Assembly: GCA_047150005.1 (NCBI GenBank) | Contig: AP038806.1 | Location: forward strand, 32,001 to 96,000 | Length of the DNA stretch: 64,000 nt | Direction: 5' to 3' | Origin: Nitrospira sp. | GTDB taxonomy: Bacteria; Nitrospirota; Nitrospiria; Nitrospirales; Nitrospiraceae | Shown here: piece by piece, positions 62,146-64,000 of the stretch | Numbering within the stretch: position 1 is the first letter of the stretch | Layout: the number at the start of each line of letters is the position of its first letter | The notes under the pieces: model-generated | Databases searched by the model: none | Told to the model about the DNA's origin: nothing | What the model saw: the letters and a program-made list of their open reading frames with translations, nothing else | Translations under genes and position numbers: made by a program

Positions 62146-63385
62146 CGGAATGTTCCTCGGTCACGCGCACCCGCAGAAACGACATGACGTCCCGCATGGT
62201 GGCCTCGATCGTTCGGCTGGCCTCGAGACTCGACTGGATGGCCTTCTGGACGTTGAGCAGGCCGTTCTTGACGTCGGCCGACATCGAGGCGGCCGAGATG
62301 TCCTTCAACTCCGTTTCGAACGCGGACAGTCTCGCCGAGACTGCGGAGAACGACGAGCGCAACGACTGTAGCCCGTCGAGCTGACCGTCCAATTCGGCGC
62401 GACTCCGCTCGAAGGCCGTCGTCATCGCGAGAAATTGCTCCGTTCGCTCTTTGAGCGTGCCGGACAATTCCTGCACCGCCGCTTCGACTTGTCCGACGCC
62501 TTCCGTTCCGTACAAGGATTCCCCGAACGACGTCACCGTTTCGGCGGTTCGGGCCAATCCTTCCTCCAGCTTTTGCGCCGCCGCCTCGAAACTTTCTCCC
62601 CGCTTCCCCAGCGCGGCGACGAGTTTACTCACCTCCGCCGTGAGAATTTCCTGCGGCATCTGCAGGGTCGACAGCCGGCTCAGCATATCCTTCACGGAGG
62701 ACTCCAGCCCCGCCATCATCGTCTTGCCCATCGTGTATTGCTGCTCGGCAAGCTGTTCGCGCGCCTCCGATAACGACCGTACGAGATCGTGCAGCGCGCC
62801 GCGCAGATCATTGGCGGCGAGATCTCTGAACGACGAGATCTCCATGTTCGCTTCCGTGATCTCGTGCAACAGCTTCGACACGCGCTGATCGATGGTGTCC
62901 TGAACGTCAAGAAGCCGGTCGGAGAGCGTGTCCTGAAAATAGAGGGTCGCAAGGCGAAGCAGCATGCCGCAACAGGTCATGACCAGCGCGTAGCCAAACG
63001 CGGCAAGGACGGCTTCCGTGGTCAACTTGGGAGCCGGCCACAGAATGAAGGCCCCGATGAGGGCAAACAGCGCCCACAGAAAGCCCATATAATAGAGGGA
63101 ATCCGCAAACTGGGTCGCATTCTTCTTTTTAACGGAATACCCATAGCCAGCATAGCCGGCAAGGAGCCCGGTCAGTACGAAGAGCGTGGCGGTTGGGGAA
63201 TACTGCGCGGCCGCCGAGTACCAAAGGGCGACAGCCCCCACGAGAGTCGCGCAGACCCAGGCGACGGCGAGCCTTCTATTGCCCCGCAGCGTCGGGTGAA
63301 CATCGGGATGCCCGGACTCGTCCACATCGTCAAGCCGGGGCGCCGGATCCTCGAGCGGCATGGCTGGCAGTCTTCTCATCATCAT
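62132..63385 (-). CDS. Multi-TM protein with a long helical tail (MotA/ExbB/ZorA-like architecture)
   Basis: Four hydrophobic helices incl. DSLYYMGF and FGYALVMTCCG, then about 260 aa of heptad-rich helix. Start uncertain. Confidence 0.7.
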   Translation of the reverse strand: MMMRRLPAMPLEDPAPRLDDVDESGHPDVHPTLRGNRRLAVAWVCATLVGAVALWYSAAAQYSPTATLFVLTGLLAGYAGYGYSVKKKNATQFADSLYYMGFLWALFALIGAFILWPAPKLTTEAVLAAFGYALVMTCCGMLLRLATLYFQDTLSDRLLDVQDTIDQRVSKLLHEITEANMEISSFRDLAANDLRGALHDLVRSLSEAREQLAEQQYTMGKTMMAGLESSVKDMLSRLSTLQMPQEILTAEVSKLVAALGKRGESFEAAAQKLEEGLARTAETVTSFGESLYGTEGVGQVEAAVQELSGTLKERTEQFLAMTTAFERSRAELDGQLDGLQSLRSSFSAVSARLSAFETELKDISAASMSADVKNGLLNVQKAIQSSLEASRTIEATMRDVMSFLRVRVTEEHSGDKN

Positions 63386-63587
63386 CGTCCCCTCCCCCCT
63401 CACTGCTTCACTGGTCATTATGCGGCATGGCAACGGCTCTACTACTAGGGATGTCTCTAGGGCCGACCGGAGAACCGTTCCTGCACTCTTCCGATCGCAG
63501 AAATCCATGCAGTCGGACGGGCCGTTGCGCTAGACTGGCGATCCCAAAGCCGCGAGCTTGATGTTTACTTTTTATGGAGGCCATCAC

Positions 63588-64000
63588 ATGTCCTCAGAGT
63601 CATCCGACCATCCTAAGCAACCGGCTCACGTTCAATTGGTTCACATGGCGACGGGGCACTGGGTGTCCCATATTCTCTATGTCGCCGCAAAGCTGGGCCT
63701 GGCCGACCATCTGGCGGCTGGACCGATGCGCACGGAAGAGCTTGCAGCTGCTACGAAGACTCATGCCCCGTCCCTCGGTCGCCTGCTCCGGACCCTCGGG
63801 CATCTCGGCCTCATCACCGAGGAGGCAGCAGGCCGAGTCGCTTTGACGAACCTCGGCGAGGCGATGAAGACCGGAGCGCCGGGCTCGGCAAGGGCGGCGA
63901 CCTTGACCCTGGCCAGTCCCATGATGGCGCAGGGATGGGGACGGCTGCTCGAATCGGTCCAGACCGGCAAGCCGGGCTTGGAGCGGGCGCTCGGCATGCC
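63588..64000 (+). CDS. O-methyltransferase (dimerisation domain), partial
   Basis: GGAGG RBS. MSSE...LYVAAKLGLADHL..GP...ELA...L.RLLR.L. Runs off the window. Confidence 0.85.
   Translation, partial: MSSESSDHPKQPAHVQLVHMATGHWVSHILYVAAKLGLADHLAAGPMRTEELAAATKTHAPSLGRLLRTLGHLGLITEEAAGRVALTNLGEAMKTGAPGSARAATLTLASPMMAQGWGRLLESVQTGKPGLERALGM

Overview
A 64 kb, GC-rich bacterial accessory region. Nitrospira-like origin is my inference from gene content and repeat style and is unverified. From left to right it contains: (1) the edge of a probable IS3-type element and a Tat-exported sulfite-oxidase-family molybdoenzyme; (2) a run of unrelated plus-strand genes (CDF, hydrolase, TerC, SUI1, ferredoxin, DUF1059), several separated by a same-orientation repeat TTTCGCGGCGCG(TGGCGG); (3) a protease/lipase-rich block (lipase-CHAT fusion, alpha/beta-hydrolase + unknown + S8 protease, membrane patatin), interspersed with a USP and a double histidine kinase; (4) pyk and an adenine/adenosine deaminase; (5) a sigma54 activator/RND efflux module inactivated twice (nonsense codon and IS insertion); (6) an RRM protein, a methyltransferase and an SF2 helicase; (7) a trehalose/osmolyte operon ending in a truncated glgE; (8) alkylation/electrophile-stress genes (tpm, VOC, AraC, ada-alkA, ogt, ADH); and (9) an orphan MotA/ZorA-like plus single-TM partner gene pair. 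Three apparently identical 1149-bp IS481-family copies with 7-bp target duplications are present, along with many gene fragments. No rRNA, tRNA or CRISPR array was seen. The best candidates for an undescribed system are the repeat-delimited gene array, the hydrolase-unknown-S8 and lipase-CHAT protease-effector block, and the ZorAB-like pair. All product calls come from motif recognition by eye; no database search was run.
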